The position numbers were made by a program, and so were the translations under genes. The notes below the pieces were generated by a model. It saw only the letters and a program-made list of their open reading frames with translations. It made no database searches and was not told where the DNA came from. A stretch of DNA of 64,000 bases. It comes from an uncultured Candidatus Saccharibacteria bacterium (GTDB lineage: Bacteria; Patescibacteriota; Minisyncoccia; Phycocordibacterales; JACOZG01). The stretch lies in assembly GCA_964651115.1 (NCBI GenBank), contig CAZYXJ010000001.1, positions 380,243-444,242 on the forward strand. Reading direction: 5' to 3'. Below, one piece after another: positions 37,238 to 46,240 of this stretch; position 1 is the first letter of the stretch; each line of letters opens with the position of its first letter.

Positions 37238-37242
37238 TGCCT

Positions 37243-37380
37243 TTACATTATTTCATCTTCCTCTTCCTCCTCATCTTCTTCGTCATCACCTAAATCATCT
37301 AGCGTTTCATCTTCTTCATCATCTAAAATTTCTTTTTCCTCATCTAATACTTCATCTCCGCCGAGCATTGAATCATCCAT
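37243..37380 (-). CDS. small highly acidic (D/E-rich) 45-aa ORF, hypothetical
   Basis: Reverse strand reads MDDSMLGGDEVLDEEKEILDDEEDETLDDLGDDEEDEEEEEDEIM. A TTGCAA...TACAAT promoter-like element and a CCTCAAA/TTTGAGG hairpin lie upstream. Not in the track (under 60 aa). Confidence 0.3.
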   Translation of the reverse strand: MDDSMLGGDEVLDEEKEILDDEEDETLDDLGDDEEDEEEEEDEIM

Positions 37381-37470
37381 GGTGTGAAAACTTATTTTTT
37401 AAATTTACCCGACCTCAAATTTTTTTGAGGTGGCTCTATTGTAAACAACCGAATTAATTTTGCAAGACCT

Positions 37471-37968
37471 TTAAGAAATATATGTGGACAAAGCGGCTAG
37501 GCCGATGGCGATCGCGTCGTATTCATCATCGTGTCTTTGGATTGTTGATAGCTTAACTAGGCGTTTAACCATGTTCTGAACTTGAGCTTTGTCGGCTTTG
37601 CCGTAACCGGTGACGGCCAGTTTGATGCTTTGAGGATTTAGTTCGCAGATGCTGGCTTGAGCTTTGGCGGCAAGATAGAGGATGACGCCGCGGGTCTCGG
37701 CCACGGCGCTGGCCGTTTTACGATTAGTTGAGAAGAAAAGTGTTTCTAGGGCGACGAGATTTGGTTGCCACTCCTTGATCAGATCTTCTAGTTGCCGACC
37801 AATTTCCGCCAGCCGATTAGGAAAGGAATTGGTTTTTTGGGACGTGAGACAGGTCGAGAATTTTACCACCTCGCGTCCTTGCTCGCGTTTAATCACGGCT
37901 ACGCCTAAACGGTCGTAGCCGGGGTCGAGAGCCAGAACAGTCAGTTCGTCTTTAGAGGCCGGGGACAT
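37471..37968 (-). CDS. ruvC: crossover junction endodeoxyribonuclease RuvC
   Basis: VLALDPGYDRLGVAVI, catalytic acidic residues, 165 aa. Confidence 0.85.
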   Translation of the reverse strand: MSPASKDELTVLALDPGYDRLGVAVIKREQGREVVKFSTCLTSQKTNSFPNRLAEIGRQLEDLIKEWQPNLVALETLFFSTNRKTASAVAETRGVILYLAAKAQASICELNPQSIKLAVTGYGKADKAQVQNMVKRLVKLSTIQRHDDEYDAIAIGLAALSTYIS

Positions 37969-38488
37969 TGGTGGTTACATTTTTAACATCCTCATTTTCC
38001 TCAAGCTCATCAAGCAAGTTGGCTAATTGTTGGGTCTCGGCTTCGCCAATCTCCAGCGGCGTTTTGGCGCTCCAACCGGTGAGCGTTTTGGTAAAAGCCC
38101 AAGTGACTGAGCCGGGAGTGGCTAAGCTTGAGCCATAAAGGGAGAGGAGGTGTTTTAGTTCTTGAGAGGTCCGATTTTTATTATCGGTGATCCCTTCGAT
38201 GATCAACGCCGCCCCACCTGGGCCGTAAGCTTCGTACATGACTTCTGCCAGATCGGCGGCACCGGCTCCCGTCGCGGCGGCGATCGCTCGTTCGATGTTG
38301 TCGTTTGGCATATTAACGGCTCGGGCGCGTTCGATGGCGGCGCGAACGCCGGGGTGATTCCGATCGCCGCCGGCCCGCTTGATTTCTACGTTAATTGCTT
38401 TAGCGTGCATGCCAAAAACTTTGCTGCGTTTTTGGTCTTCGACCCCCTTTTTTCTCTTGATTTGTGACCATTTACTATGACCAGACAT
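37952..38488 (-). CDS. yebC: YebC/PmpR family protein (short variant)
   Basis: N-terminus MSGHSKWSQIKRKKGVEDQKRSKVFGMHAKAI is canonical YebC/DUF28; only 178 aa. Confidence 0.75.
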   Translation of the reverse strand: MSGHSKWSQIKRKKGVEDQKRSKVFGMHAKAINVEIKRAGGDRNHPGVRAAIERARAVNMPNDNIERAIAAATGAGAADLAEVMYEAYGPGGAALIIEGITDNKNRTSQELKHLLSLYGSSLATPGSVTWAFTKTLTGWSAKTPLEIGEAETQQLANLLDELEENEDVKNVTTNVPGL

Positions 38489-38609
38489 AGCGGCATTTTA
38501 GCATATTTGGTGAGGCCTAACCCTTGACAAGATTTTAATTAAATGCTAGTTTCCGCAGTGAAGAACTCGGGTGAGTTCGAGATCTTTTAAAGAAGGAAGG
38601 AGGCGCGTA

Positions 38610-39233
38610 ATGCGCCAGGCGATGTGGAAGATGATCGTGGCGGCGGTGGCGGTGATGGCGGCGTCGGTGTCGGCGAATTCGATCGTGGGGGTGAGCTACC
38701 CTCGCGATCAGTTCGAAGTGGGGGTCTCCCACGGCTACGGCCATGAGGAGCTGGCCGTAGCGTCGGTCAATCTGTCGACTAACTCCCGGCAGATCGAGGA
38801 GGCCCGAGTCCAGGCCCGGCCCATTTTCTGGGACGACCAGCCCGGACTCATGATCGTGATGACCTTCTACGGCCGTCACGATCAAGACCCGACAAAGGCC
38901 AAGAAGTGGTTAAGCTCGGTCCAGGCATTTCCTGGGGTCGAGCTCGGCTCCTCGATTGGAGGATGGGATGATCAGGGGAAGGTCGTCGATCAGGCGTTCG
39001 CCTGGGCGGAGATCGAAGGCCTGAGTTGGTCTAACACCTGGATCAATTATGAGACCTTCCCTTACGGGAAGGGGAGCCTCAACCAGCCGCGGGGTTTCCA
39101 GTGGACCTTCGGGTTCACTGGTTACTTTGATGATCCGGTTAAGGGGCGAGCGACGCTCGCGGCCTTGCCGGAGCCATCTGCACTCGTCCTTCTGGGCATC
39201 GGCGCCCTTCCGTTTTTGCTGCGCCGGCGCTAG
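38610..39233 (+). CDS. secreted protein with C-terminal PEP-CTERM sorting signal
   Basis: GGAGG Shine-Dalgarno; signal peptide MIVAAVAVMAASVSA; C-terminus LPEPSALVLLGIGALPFLLRRR-stop (PEP + TM + Arg cluster). GC-rich. Confidence 0.6.
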   Translation: MRQAMWKMIVAAVAVMAASVSANSIVGVSYPRDQFEVGVSHGYGHEELAVASVNLSTNSRQIEEARVQARPIFWDDQPGLMIVMTFYGRHDQDPTKAKKWLSSVQAFPGVELGSSIGGWDDQGKVVDQAFAWAEIEGLSWSNTWINYETFPYGKGSLNQPRGFQWTFGFTGYFDDPVKGRATLAALPEPSALVLLGIGALPFLLRRR

Positions 39234-39267
39234 GATTGAGTGAGTTGAGTCGTGCGCTGGCGACTCC

Positions 39268-39360
39268 CCCGGGCGAGCACCTTACGGTGCCGCTCGGGGT
39301 TTTTCTTTTTTAAAAATCAGACTTATACACAACCGGACAGAGCCGTATATGCTAGAGTAG
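39268..39360 (+). repeat. terminator + degenerate promoter module copy 5
   Basis: CCCCGGGCGAGC...GCCGCTCGGGG hairpin, then TTTTTCTTTTTTAAAAATCAGAC, related to the 11-15 kb modules; followed by palindrome GAGTTCGgtgtTCGAACTC. Confidence 0.5.
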
Positions 39361-39369
39361 TAAAAGAAG

Positions 39370-39388
39370 AGTTCGGTGTTCGAACTCG
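39370..39388 (+). promoter_or_regulatory. perfect 7-bp inverted repeat (GAGTTCG-gtgt-CGAACTC) between promoter and Shine-Dalgarno, operator-like
   Basis: Exact palindrome located in the 5' leader of the second PEP-CTERM gene. Confidence 0.3.
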
Positions 39389-39420
39389 CTCAGTCCTTTT
39401 TTAGTAAGAGAGGAGGATTT

Positions 39421-40023
39421 ATGCGCGGAATTTTGGTTGGTTGGTGTTTGCTCGGCCTCGTTGATTTTGTTTCGGCGACCACTATTAGGATGGCGTCTGG
39501 CTATGCTCCGGATCGGGCCTGGGCCTCGCTTACTGGTACTATCGCGGTGGAGACGGCGAATCATAGCTTTGTCTTTTGGGAGACGCCAGCCGGCGCAAGG
39601 TGGAATCTGACCCTCTCTGGCGTGGGGCGGATGGACGCTGGCGGGCTCGCTGGTCCGCCGCTGATGGGACAGTATCAAATTCCGGGACACGACTTTCTAT
39701 TAACGTGGGAAATGCTAGTTCCTGGCAGTTGGTATGCCACCGCCAGTCTCCAGGGCGGCGTCGTGGAGAGCGCGACTCCGGTTTTGGAGGCGCTGGGAGA
39801 GGATCGCTGGCGAGCGGGTTTATTTATTACTGGCTTAGCCGCGCCGGAGCCCGGGGCGCTGGTAGTTTTTTTGATTAGCGCCGCGCTAGTAAACACCCGC
39901 CGGAGGGGGCGGGTGTTTTTGTTGGGGCTAAAGCAACTTAGCTTGATCTGTCTCGGGGTAATCGTAACCCAAGTGGAGGTAGGCCTTTTTGGTGACAACG
40001 CGACCGCGCGGTGTTCGCTCTAA
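39421..40023 (+). CDS. secreted protein with PEP-CTERM-like signal and an odd ~40-aa extension
   Basis: GAGGAGG Shine-Dalgarno; signal peptide LVGWCLLGLVDFVSA; APEPGALVVFLISAALVNTRRRGRV, but the frame stays open about 40 more codons and overlaps the ruvB 3' end. The true stop may be earlier, or the C-terminus is decayed. Confidence 0.45.
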   Translation: MRGILVGWCLLGLVDFVSATTIRMASGYAPDRAWASLTGTIAVETANHSFVFWETPAGARWNLTLSGVGRMDAGGLAGPPLMGQYQIPGHDFLLTWEMLVPGSWYATASLQGGVVESATPVLEALGEDRWRAGLFITGLAAPEPGALVVFLISAALVNTRRRGRVFLLGLKQLSLICLGVIVTQVEVGLFGDNATARCSL

Positions 40024-40938
40024 GAAACCGAGCTGGATGAGGTAGGGCTCATGAACTTCTTCAATCGCGGCGTCTTCTTCGGAGGTAGCGGTAGCGATTG
40101 TTGAAACGCCCACGGGGCCGCCGTTAAATTTTTCAATAATGGTTTCTAAGATTTTTCGATCGGTCGTGGTTAAACCGTATTCATCGATGCCCATTAGGTT
40201 AAGAGTATCTTGAACTACTTTTTTGTTTATCGTTTGTTTGTTGAGCTGGGCGAAGTCGCGACAGCGTTTTAAAAATTGATTAGCGATCCGGGGAGTAGAG
40301 CGACTCCGTTCGGCGATGATTTGAGCCGCTTCAGATTCCAGAGTGATATCTAAGATGGCCGCCGAGCGCGAGACAATCGTGGCAATTTCTTGGGGGGTAT
40401 AAAATTCGAGACGGAAAGTTCCGCCGGAGAAGCGCGAGCGCAGGGGGGAAGAGAGGAGGGCAATGCGCGTAGTGGCCGCCACGAGCGTAAAGGGCGGCAG
40501 GTCCAGTTGAATAGAGCGTGCTCCCGGTCCTTTGCCAATAATGATGTTGAGATTACCCGACTCCATCGCGGGGTAGAGGACTTCTTCGATCAGCTTGTTG
40601 AGGCGGTGGATCTCGTCAATAAAGAGAATGTCGCCGGCCGATAGATTGGTGAGGATTGAGGCTAGGTCACCGACCTTTTCGATGGCTGGTCCTGACGTAA
40701 CCTTCATTTGAGCGCCCATTTCCTTGGCGATTAGGTGGGCGAGAGTGGTTTTGCCGAGCCCCGGTGGGCCATAAAACAGGAGGTGTTCTGGCGGGTGCTT
40801 GCGCTCGGCGGCCGCTTTCAGTAGAATCTTCAGGTTGTCTTTTATTGATGATTGACCCACATAATCATCCCACGAGTCTGGTCGCAGGGCGCTATCGTTA
40901 AAACGTTCTGATTTGTCGGAGGGGGTTATGCTTGACAT
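39928..40938 (-). CDS. ruvB: Holliday junction branch-migration helicase RuvB
   Basis: Walker A LLFYGPPGLGKTTLA; Walker B ILFIDEIHRL; RuvB C-terminal winged helix. Confidence 0.9.
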   Translation of the reverse strand: MSSITPSDKSERFNDSALRPDSWDDYVGQSSIKDNLKILLKAAAERKHPPEHLLFYGPPGLGKTTLAHLIAKEMGAQMKVTSGPAIEKVGDLASILTNLSAGDILFIDEIHRLNKLIEEVLYPAMESGNLNIIIGKGPGARSIQLDLPPFTLVAATTRIALLSSPLRSRFSGGTFRLEFYTPQEIATIVSRSAAILDITLESEAAQIIAERSRSTPRIANQFLKRCRDFAQLNKQTINKKVVQDTLNLMGIDEYGLTTTDRKILETIIEKFNGGPVGVSTIATATSEEDAAIEEVHEPYLIQLGFLERTPRGRVVTKKAYLHLGYDYPETDQAKLL

Positions 40939-41188
40939 ACTAAAATTGGTATGCTATATTGGCGCTGTTCAATCACAAGTCTTGGTATTTTCGAATCGAG
41001 GCCATAAACCTCTAAGCAATAAGCTTCCACGCTTAAACGGGTTTTTACAAAAGGACGGGTTGGTGTTCGTTTTTAACGAAAGGGCTGGCCCCATCCTTGC
41101 GTAATTACCTCACTTTTTGTATTCAGTACAGAAAGGATTGCTTAGAGGTTTATGCTCTCGATTTTTTTGTTCAAGTGCTGTCGACAGT

Positions 41189-42883
41189 CTAGATGATCTC
41201 TTCGTTCAAATCAATCACGCGCGCTAGTTCATCAAGCGAGGTGACTCCCGTCAATACCTTAATCACCCCATCCTCGCGCATTTCGAGGATTTTTTGGGCC
41301 TTAGCCGCAATTCTAATGTCGCGCTCGTTAGGATTTTTTACAATCGTGTCGGCCATCGGAGAATCGATGAGGATGGCTTCAAAAATTCCTTGCCGGCCGC
41401 GGTAGCCGGTATGATTGCAGGCGGCACAGCCAGTGGCTTGCCAGGTCTGGTAGGGTGCTTCGGGCAGTGAAATTTCTGGTCGTTTGATTTTGATATTTTG
41501 GCAAACCGCGCTCAACAGCTCCGTTTGTTCGGGGGTGGGGTTGAGGGGCTGGCGGCAATCAGGGCACAGCTGGCGCACCAGCCGCTGGGCGATGGATAGG
41601 TTCAGCGCGGCTTCAATAATTTTGGGGTTAATTCCGAGATCGATCAGTCGAGGGATGGTCCCAGCCGCGTTATTGGTGTGGAGAGTAGAGAAGACGAGGT
41701 GGCCCGTGAGCGAGGCATTGATCGCGATTTTGGCTGTTTCGGCATCGCGAATTTCTCCGACCATGATGATGTCGGGATCTTGCCGCAGGGCACTGCGCAA
41801 GCCGGAAAGGAAGGTGTAATTTTTTTTCGGATCAACCTGGGTCTGGTTAATTCCCTTGAGGTGATATTCGATCGGGTCTTCGATGGTGATGATTTTCGTT
41901 TCGGGACTATTGACCGTGCGGAGAAAGGAGTAGAGCGTCGTGGTTTTTCCTGAGCCGGTGGGGCCAGTCAGCAAAACGAGGCCATTGGGTTTGGAAATTT
42001 CTTTTTGGATAATATTAAAGAGCGCTGGTTCGATGCCTAAGGTTTCAAAGGTCACGGCGATGGCTTTGGGGTTGAGAATTCTGAGGACGATGGATTCGCC
42101 GTAAGCTCCGGGCAGGATGGCGGTGCGGATTTCGATTTCTTCGTCTTTAATTTTGATGGAGAAGCGGCCGTCCTGAGCACTTCGTTGGACGTTGAGTTTG
42201 AGGCCGGAAACTAGTTTAACTCGCGAGAGGAGATGGCGATAAAGTTTGTGATCAAAATAGGTAATATCTTGCAAGACGCCGTCGAGTCGGTAACGTAAGC
42301 GCACTTTTTCGTCTTGAGGTTCAATGTGGATGTCGGAGGCGAGGGTGGCCAAGCTGCCCGCGAGAATAATTTCGAGCAAAGCCGAGATGCCGCCCGCGGC
42401 TAATTCGGTTACGCCTTCGCTTTGGAGAATTTGTTTAACGTCATCAATCGTCTTTATTTGATTAACGGCGCTTTCGATGCTGTCGGGAGTGATGTCGATG
42501 ACCCCGGCGTGCGTAATGCTCGATTTAGAAATTTCTTGGTAGCGTTCCCAGGCTCGCTTTAAGCTCGCCGGCGAGCCGATGTATGATTCGAGATTGTAAT
42601 TTTTATTCCGTAAATCTTCTAGAATCCCAGCTACGCGAGGATTCCCCGGCGCGCCCAAGACTAGGTAGAGATTTTTTCCAACTAATTTAAAGGCAGCCAG
42701 ATCGGCGGCGCGGGCCTCCTCTTCGGGGATGAGTCTTAGGGCATCGGTATTAATCGAAAATTTAGAGAGATCGATATAGGGGAGATTGTATTTTTGCGAT
42801 AGAACCTGAGCTAACTCCTCGGCTTCTTGGCTGTAGAGTTCGCTAAGTTTTTTGGCTCCCGTGGCATCATCAAAGCGCAACAT
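41189..42883 (-). CDS. pilB: type IV pilus assembly / type II secretion ATPase (PilB/GspE family)
   Basis: Walker A LLTGPTGSGKTTTLYS; GspE N-terminal domains; C-terminal tetracysteine CPDC...CAAC. Confidence 0.85.
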   Translation of the reverse strand: MLRFDDATGAKKLSELYSQEAEELAQVLSQKYNLPYIDLSKFSINTDALRLIPEEEARAADLAAFKLVGKNLYLVLGAPGNPRVAGILEDLRNKNYNLESYIGSPASLKRAWERYQEISKSSITHAGVIDITPDSIESAVNQIKTIDDVKQILQSEGVTELAAGGISALLEIILAGSLATLASDIHIEPQDEKVRLRYRLDGVLQDITYFDHKLYRHLLSRVKLVSGLKLNVQRSAQDGRFSIKIKDEEIEIRTAILPGAYGESIVLRILNPKAIAVTFETLGIEPALFNIIQKEISKPNGLVLLTGPTGSGKTTTLYSFLRTVNSPETKIITIEDPIEYHLKGINQTQVDPKKNYTFLSGLRSALRQDPDIIMVGEIRDAETAKIAINASLTGHLVFSTLHTNNAAGTIPRLIDLGINPKIIEAALNLSIAQRLVRQLCPDCRQPLNPTPEQTELLSAVCQNIKIKRPEISLPEAPYQTWQATGCAACNHTGYRGRQGIFEAILIDSPMADTIVKNPNERDIRIAAKAQKILEMREDGVIKVLTGVTSLDELARVIDLNEEII

Positions 42884-42961
42884 TGTGCTTTAAGTGTAAC
42901 ATGGGCCCGAAGTAGCGTCACAGCTAGTCCCGGCTTTCGGAGGGTGTTACAATCCGAAGGT

Positions 42962-43399
42962 ATGGAGCGTTATCTGATTAAGGGGGTCAACGACATGCAA
43001 AGGTTCGCGGCTGACCTGGCGCGGCGGCTTAAGCCTCAAGCTTCGGGCGCGACGGTTTTGGGATTGGTCGGCGATCTAGGTTCGGGCAAAACAACTTTTA
43101 CTCAAGGCGTGGCCGAGGCTTTGGGGGTTAGGGGGGCGGTGACGAGTCCGACTTTTGTCATCGAGAAAGTTTATGATTTGGAAGGTGGGCCCTGGGGTCG
43201 ACTCATCCACATTGATACTTATCGTTTGGAGCGAGCTGATGAGTTGTTGGCGTTGGGTTGGGAACGAATCATTAAACCCCCAGAGAATTTGGTTTTAGTT
43301 GAATGGGCCGATCGCGTCGACGAACTTTTGCCGGCTTCGGCTCGGAAGTTATATTTTAAATTTATCGATGAAGAAACCAGAGAAATTAGTCTTACTTGA
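42962..43399 (+). CDS. tsaE: tRNA threonylcarbamoyladenosine biosynthesis protein TsaE
   Basis: P-loop LVGDLGSGKTTFTQGVAEALG typical of YjeE/TsaE; start trimmed to the internal ATG (MERYLIKG). Confidence 0.75.
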   Translation: MERYLIKGVNDMQRFAADLARRLKPQASGATVLGLVGDLGSGKTTFTQGVAEALGVRGAVTSPTFVIEKVYDLEGGPWGRLIHIDTYRLERADELLALGWERIIKPPENLVLVEWADRVDELLPASARKLYFKFIDEETREISLT

Positions 43400-45704
43400 T
43401 GTCCACGCGATTTTGCATCGCGCCTATCACGCTTTGCCGGATTTTTCTTCGAGCAAGGGCGAGTCGACTGGCGGCTTGTACGGATTGGTTTCGATGTTGC
43501 TTAGGATCGTGAGCGAGATCAAGCCGGATTACGTGGTGGCTTGCTATGATTTGCCCGAGCCAACATTTCGCAAGCAATTATATGATGAGTACAAAGCGGG
43601 CAGGCCTAAAGCCGACGAATCTTTGGTGTCGCAAATTATTCGCTCGCGTGATGTTTTTGCCGCTTTTAATATTCCGATTTACGATACGCCAGGCTTTGAA
43701 GCCGACGATATTATCGGCACCATCGTTGAGCAATTAAAAGAGCGCGAAGATCTTCAGGTGATTATCGCTTCTGGTGATATGGATACCTTGCAGTTGGTTC
43801 GCGGTGATCAGGTGGTCGTCTTTACGCTTAAAAAGGGTATCAATGACACGATTGTCTACAACGAGTCAGCGGTGGTTAGCCGCTTTGGGTTTGGACCAGA
43901 GCGGTTGCCGGATTATAAAGGCTTGCGGGGCGATCCGTCCGATAACATTATTGGGATCGCGGGGATTGGCGAAAAAACGGCGACGGAATTGATCACGCAA
44001 TTTGGTTCGCTGGAGCAGATTTACGAACAATTAAAGAGCGATGAGTCAGCTTTTAAGCGTGCTGGGATTAAGGACCGGGTGATTGGCTTGTTGCGGGAAG
44101 GCGAAGAAGAGGCCTTCTTTTCCAAAACCTTGGCGACGATTAGGCGAGATGCGCCGATTAAGTTTGTTTTGCCGGGGTCATTTCGCCAAGGCGTGACGGT
44201 GGCGCAAGTTGAGGCGTTGTTTGCCGAGTTTGAGTTTCGGACTTTGGGCCAACGTTTGCGAGCGGCGTTGGCTGATCGGGGAGTGATGGAGGTTTCGGCG
44301 CCGCCGCCGCTAGCGGCGGCGGCGCTTTCTGCTGAGCTGGCGATCGCGGTTTGGCTCTTGGACTCTAACCTAACTACTCCGACGGCCGAAGACGCCTGTC
44401 GCCTGGCGGGTGTCGAAAATTTGGCGGCCGCGGAATCAAAAATTATGGCGGAAATCAAGGAGCAGGGTTTAGAAGTGGTCTATCGGGAGATCGAATTGCC
44501 TTTAATACCAATTATCGCCGCCGCGGAACGGCGCGGGATTGTGGTGGACGTGGCCTATCTGGCCAATCTTTCGCAGGAATATCACCGATTGTTAGATTTG
44601 GAAGCGTCGAAGATTTATCTCCAAGCTGGTCGAGAGTTTAATCTTAATTCCCCCAAGCAGGTGGGCGAAGTTTTGTTTGATCATTTAGGTTTGTCGACCA
44701 AGGGTTTAAAAAAGACGGCGGGCGGCGCTCGTTCGACTCGCGAATCAGAGTTGGCAAAATTGGCTGACGAGCACGCCATCGTTAAAAATATTTTAGAGTA
44801 TCGGGAGTTAGCAAAATTGGTTTCGACTTACGTCGATAGCATTCCGACTTTGGTTGATCGTGAGGGGCGATTGCATACTCATCTCCATCAAACCGGAACG
44901 ACGACTGGGCGGATGTCTAGCTCTGAGCCAAATTTGCAAAATATTCCGGCTGGTGGCGAGAGGGGGCGGGCGATTCGGCGCGCTTTTAAACCTAGTGACG
45001 GTTTCGTGTGGGCGGGTTTTGATTACTCGCAAATTGAGATGAGGGTGTTGGCGCTACTTTCGCGCGATCCTGAGCTCGAAAGGATTTTTAAGGCCGGTGA
45101 AGATATCCATACTGGCGTGGCGGCCAGAGTTTTTAAGGTCGAGGCGGAGGCGGTAACTAAAGATATGAGACGCCAAGCTAAGGTGATTAATTTTGGAATT
45201 ATTTATGGCATGGGAGTTAATGCTTTGCGCGTTAATTTGGGCTCGACTCGTGACGAGGCGCAAGCTTTTTATAATAATTATTTTGAGACTTTTCCGACGA
45301 TCAAAAATTATTTTGAACAAGTTAAGGCCGAAGCTCTCGATCGAGGTTATACTGAGACTTATTTTGGTCGGCGCCGTCACTTCCCGGGTTTAAAGTCACG
45401 GCTACCACAAGTTCGGGCGATGAATGAGCGCATGGCGATGAACGCGCCGCTCCAAGGTACGGCGGCTGATATTGTAAAAAAGGCGATGATTGCCGTTGAG
45501 CAAGAGATTGTGGGGCAGGGTCTGGCGTCCGAAGCCTTTCTGCTTTTGCAAGTTCATGATGAATTAATTTTTGAGCTAAAGTCCGAGTCGGTCGAGCGCC
45601 TCGTACCTCTAATTCGAGGCGCGATGGAGGGGGTAATGGGGAAAACGGGTTTGCCCTTTCCCGTCTCTTTGGCCTTGGGACCTAACTGGGCCGACGCTAA
45701 ATAG
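43386..45704 (+). CDS. polA: DNA polymerase I (5'-3' exonuclease + polymerase domains)
   Basis: N-terminal 5'-nuclease (LLDVHAILHRAYHA, GIGEKTA); polymerase motifs A (DYSQIEMR), B (RRQAKVINFGIIYG) and C (QVHDEL). Start taken at ATG 43386. Confidence 0.85.
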   Translation, partial: LVLLDVHAILHRAYHALPDFSSSKGESTGGLYGLVSMLLRIVSEIKPDYVVACYDLPEPTFRKQLYDEYKAGRPKADESLVSQIIRSRDVFAAFNIPIYDTPGFEADDIIGTIVEQLKEREDLQVIIASGDMDTLQLVRGDQVVVFTLKKGINDTIVYNESAVVSRFGFGPERLPDYKGLRGDPSDNIIGIAGIGEKTATELITQFGSLEQIYEQLKSDESAFKRAGIKDRVIGLLREGEEEAFFSKTLATIRRDAPIKFVLPGSFRQGVTVAQVEALFAEFEFRTLGQRLRAALADRGVMEVSAPPPLAAAALSAELAIAVWLLDSNLTTPTAEDACRLAGVENLAAAESKIMAEIKEQGLEVVYREIELPLIPIIAAAERRGIVVDVAYLANLSQEYHRLLDLEASKIYLQAGREFNLNSPKQVGEVLFDHLGLSTKGLKKTAGGARSTRESELAKLADEHAIVKNILEYRELAKLVSTYVDSIPTLVDREGRLHTHLHQTGTTTGRMSSSEPNLQNIPAGGERGRAIRRAFKPSDGFVWAGFDYSQIEMRVLALLSRDPELERIFKAGEDIHTGVAARVFKVEAEAVTKDMRRQAKVINFGIIYGMGVNALRVNLGSTRDEAQAFYNNYFETFPTIKNYFEQVKAEALDRGYTETYFGRRRHFPGLKSRLPQVRAMNERMAMNAPLQGTAADIVKKAMIAVEQEIVGQGLASEAFLLLQVHDELIFELKSESVERLVPLIRGAMEGVMGKTGLPFPVSLALGPNWADAK

Positions 45705-45727
45705 CTTCGTGCTACAATAACGGCATT

Positions 45728-46240
45728 ATGCGGTTGGGCTTTTTTTCCAAACCAGAAGTTTTGTTGCCAGTGCCTTTTTTCAAGCAAGATCGTAGTTTTA
45801 CCTGTGGACCTACCGCCGTCCAAATGGCCTGCGCTTTTTGGGGCGCTCGGTTAAGCGAGTCTAAGCTGGTTAAACTGGCCCATTCTAGCCCTTTCGGTAC
45901 TTCTCATGGTGGTTTATTGCAAAGCGTTCTCGATGCCGGTCTCTATTGCTATCTTAATGCCGACACTTCGATCGAAGAAATTAAGTATTTGTTGCGAAGC
46001 GGTTGGCCAGTGATTGTTAATTACACCGAGCCATCAACCAACGACGGCCACTATGCTGTGGCGGTTGGTTTTTCTGAGCGATCAATTATTCTTAACGATC
46101 CATGGAATGGCCCAAATTTTAAATTACCTTGGCCGGAATTTGAGCGGCGTTGGTATGATCATGGGCTTCACCGATCGAGTCACTGGCTTTTGGCGGTGGC
46201 TGATCAGCCGTTTACCCTCGGACGAACTTACGCGCCATGA
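45728..46240 (+). CDS. peptidase C39-like (papain-fold Cys/His) domain protein
   Basis: Catalytic-looking Cys (FTCGPTAVQMA) and His (DGHYAVAVG) at spacing typical of the C39_2/transglutaminase-like fold. Confidence 0.5.
   Translation: MRLGFFSKPEVLLPVPFFKQDRSFTCGPTAVQMACAFWGARLSESKLVKLAHSSPFGTSHGGLLQSVLDAGLYCYLNADTSIEEIKYLLRSGWPVIVNYTEPSTNDGHYAVAVGFSERSIILNDPWNGPNFKLPWPEFERRWYDHGLHRSSHWLLAVADQPFTLGRTYAP

Noticed and set aside
38535-38885. 116-aa His/Arg-rich minus-strand ORF
   Set aside because: It is antisense to the PEP-CTERM gene's signal-peptide region in a GC-rich stretch; a repetitive RRHRRRHHRH run indicates a frame artefact.
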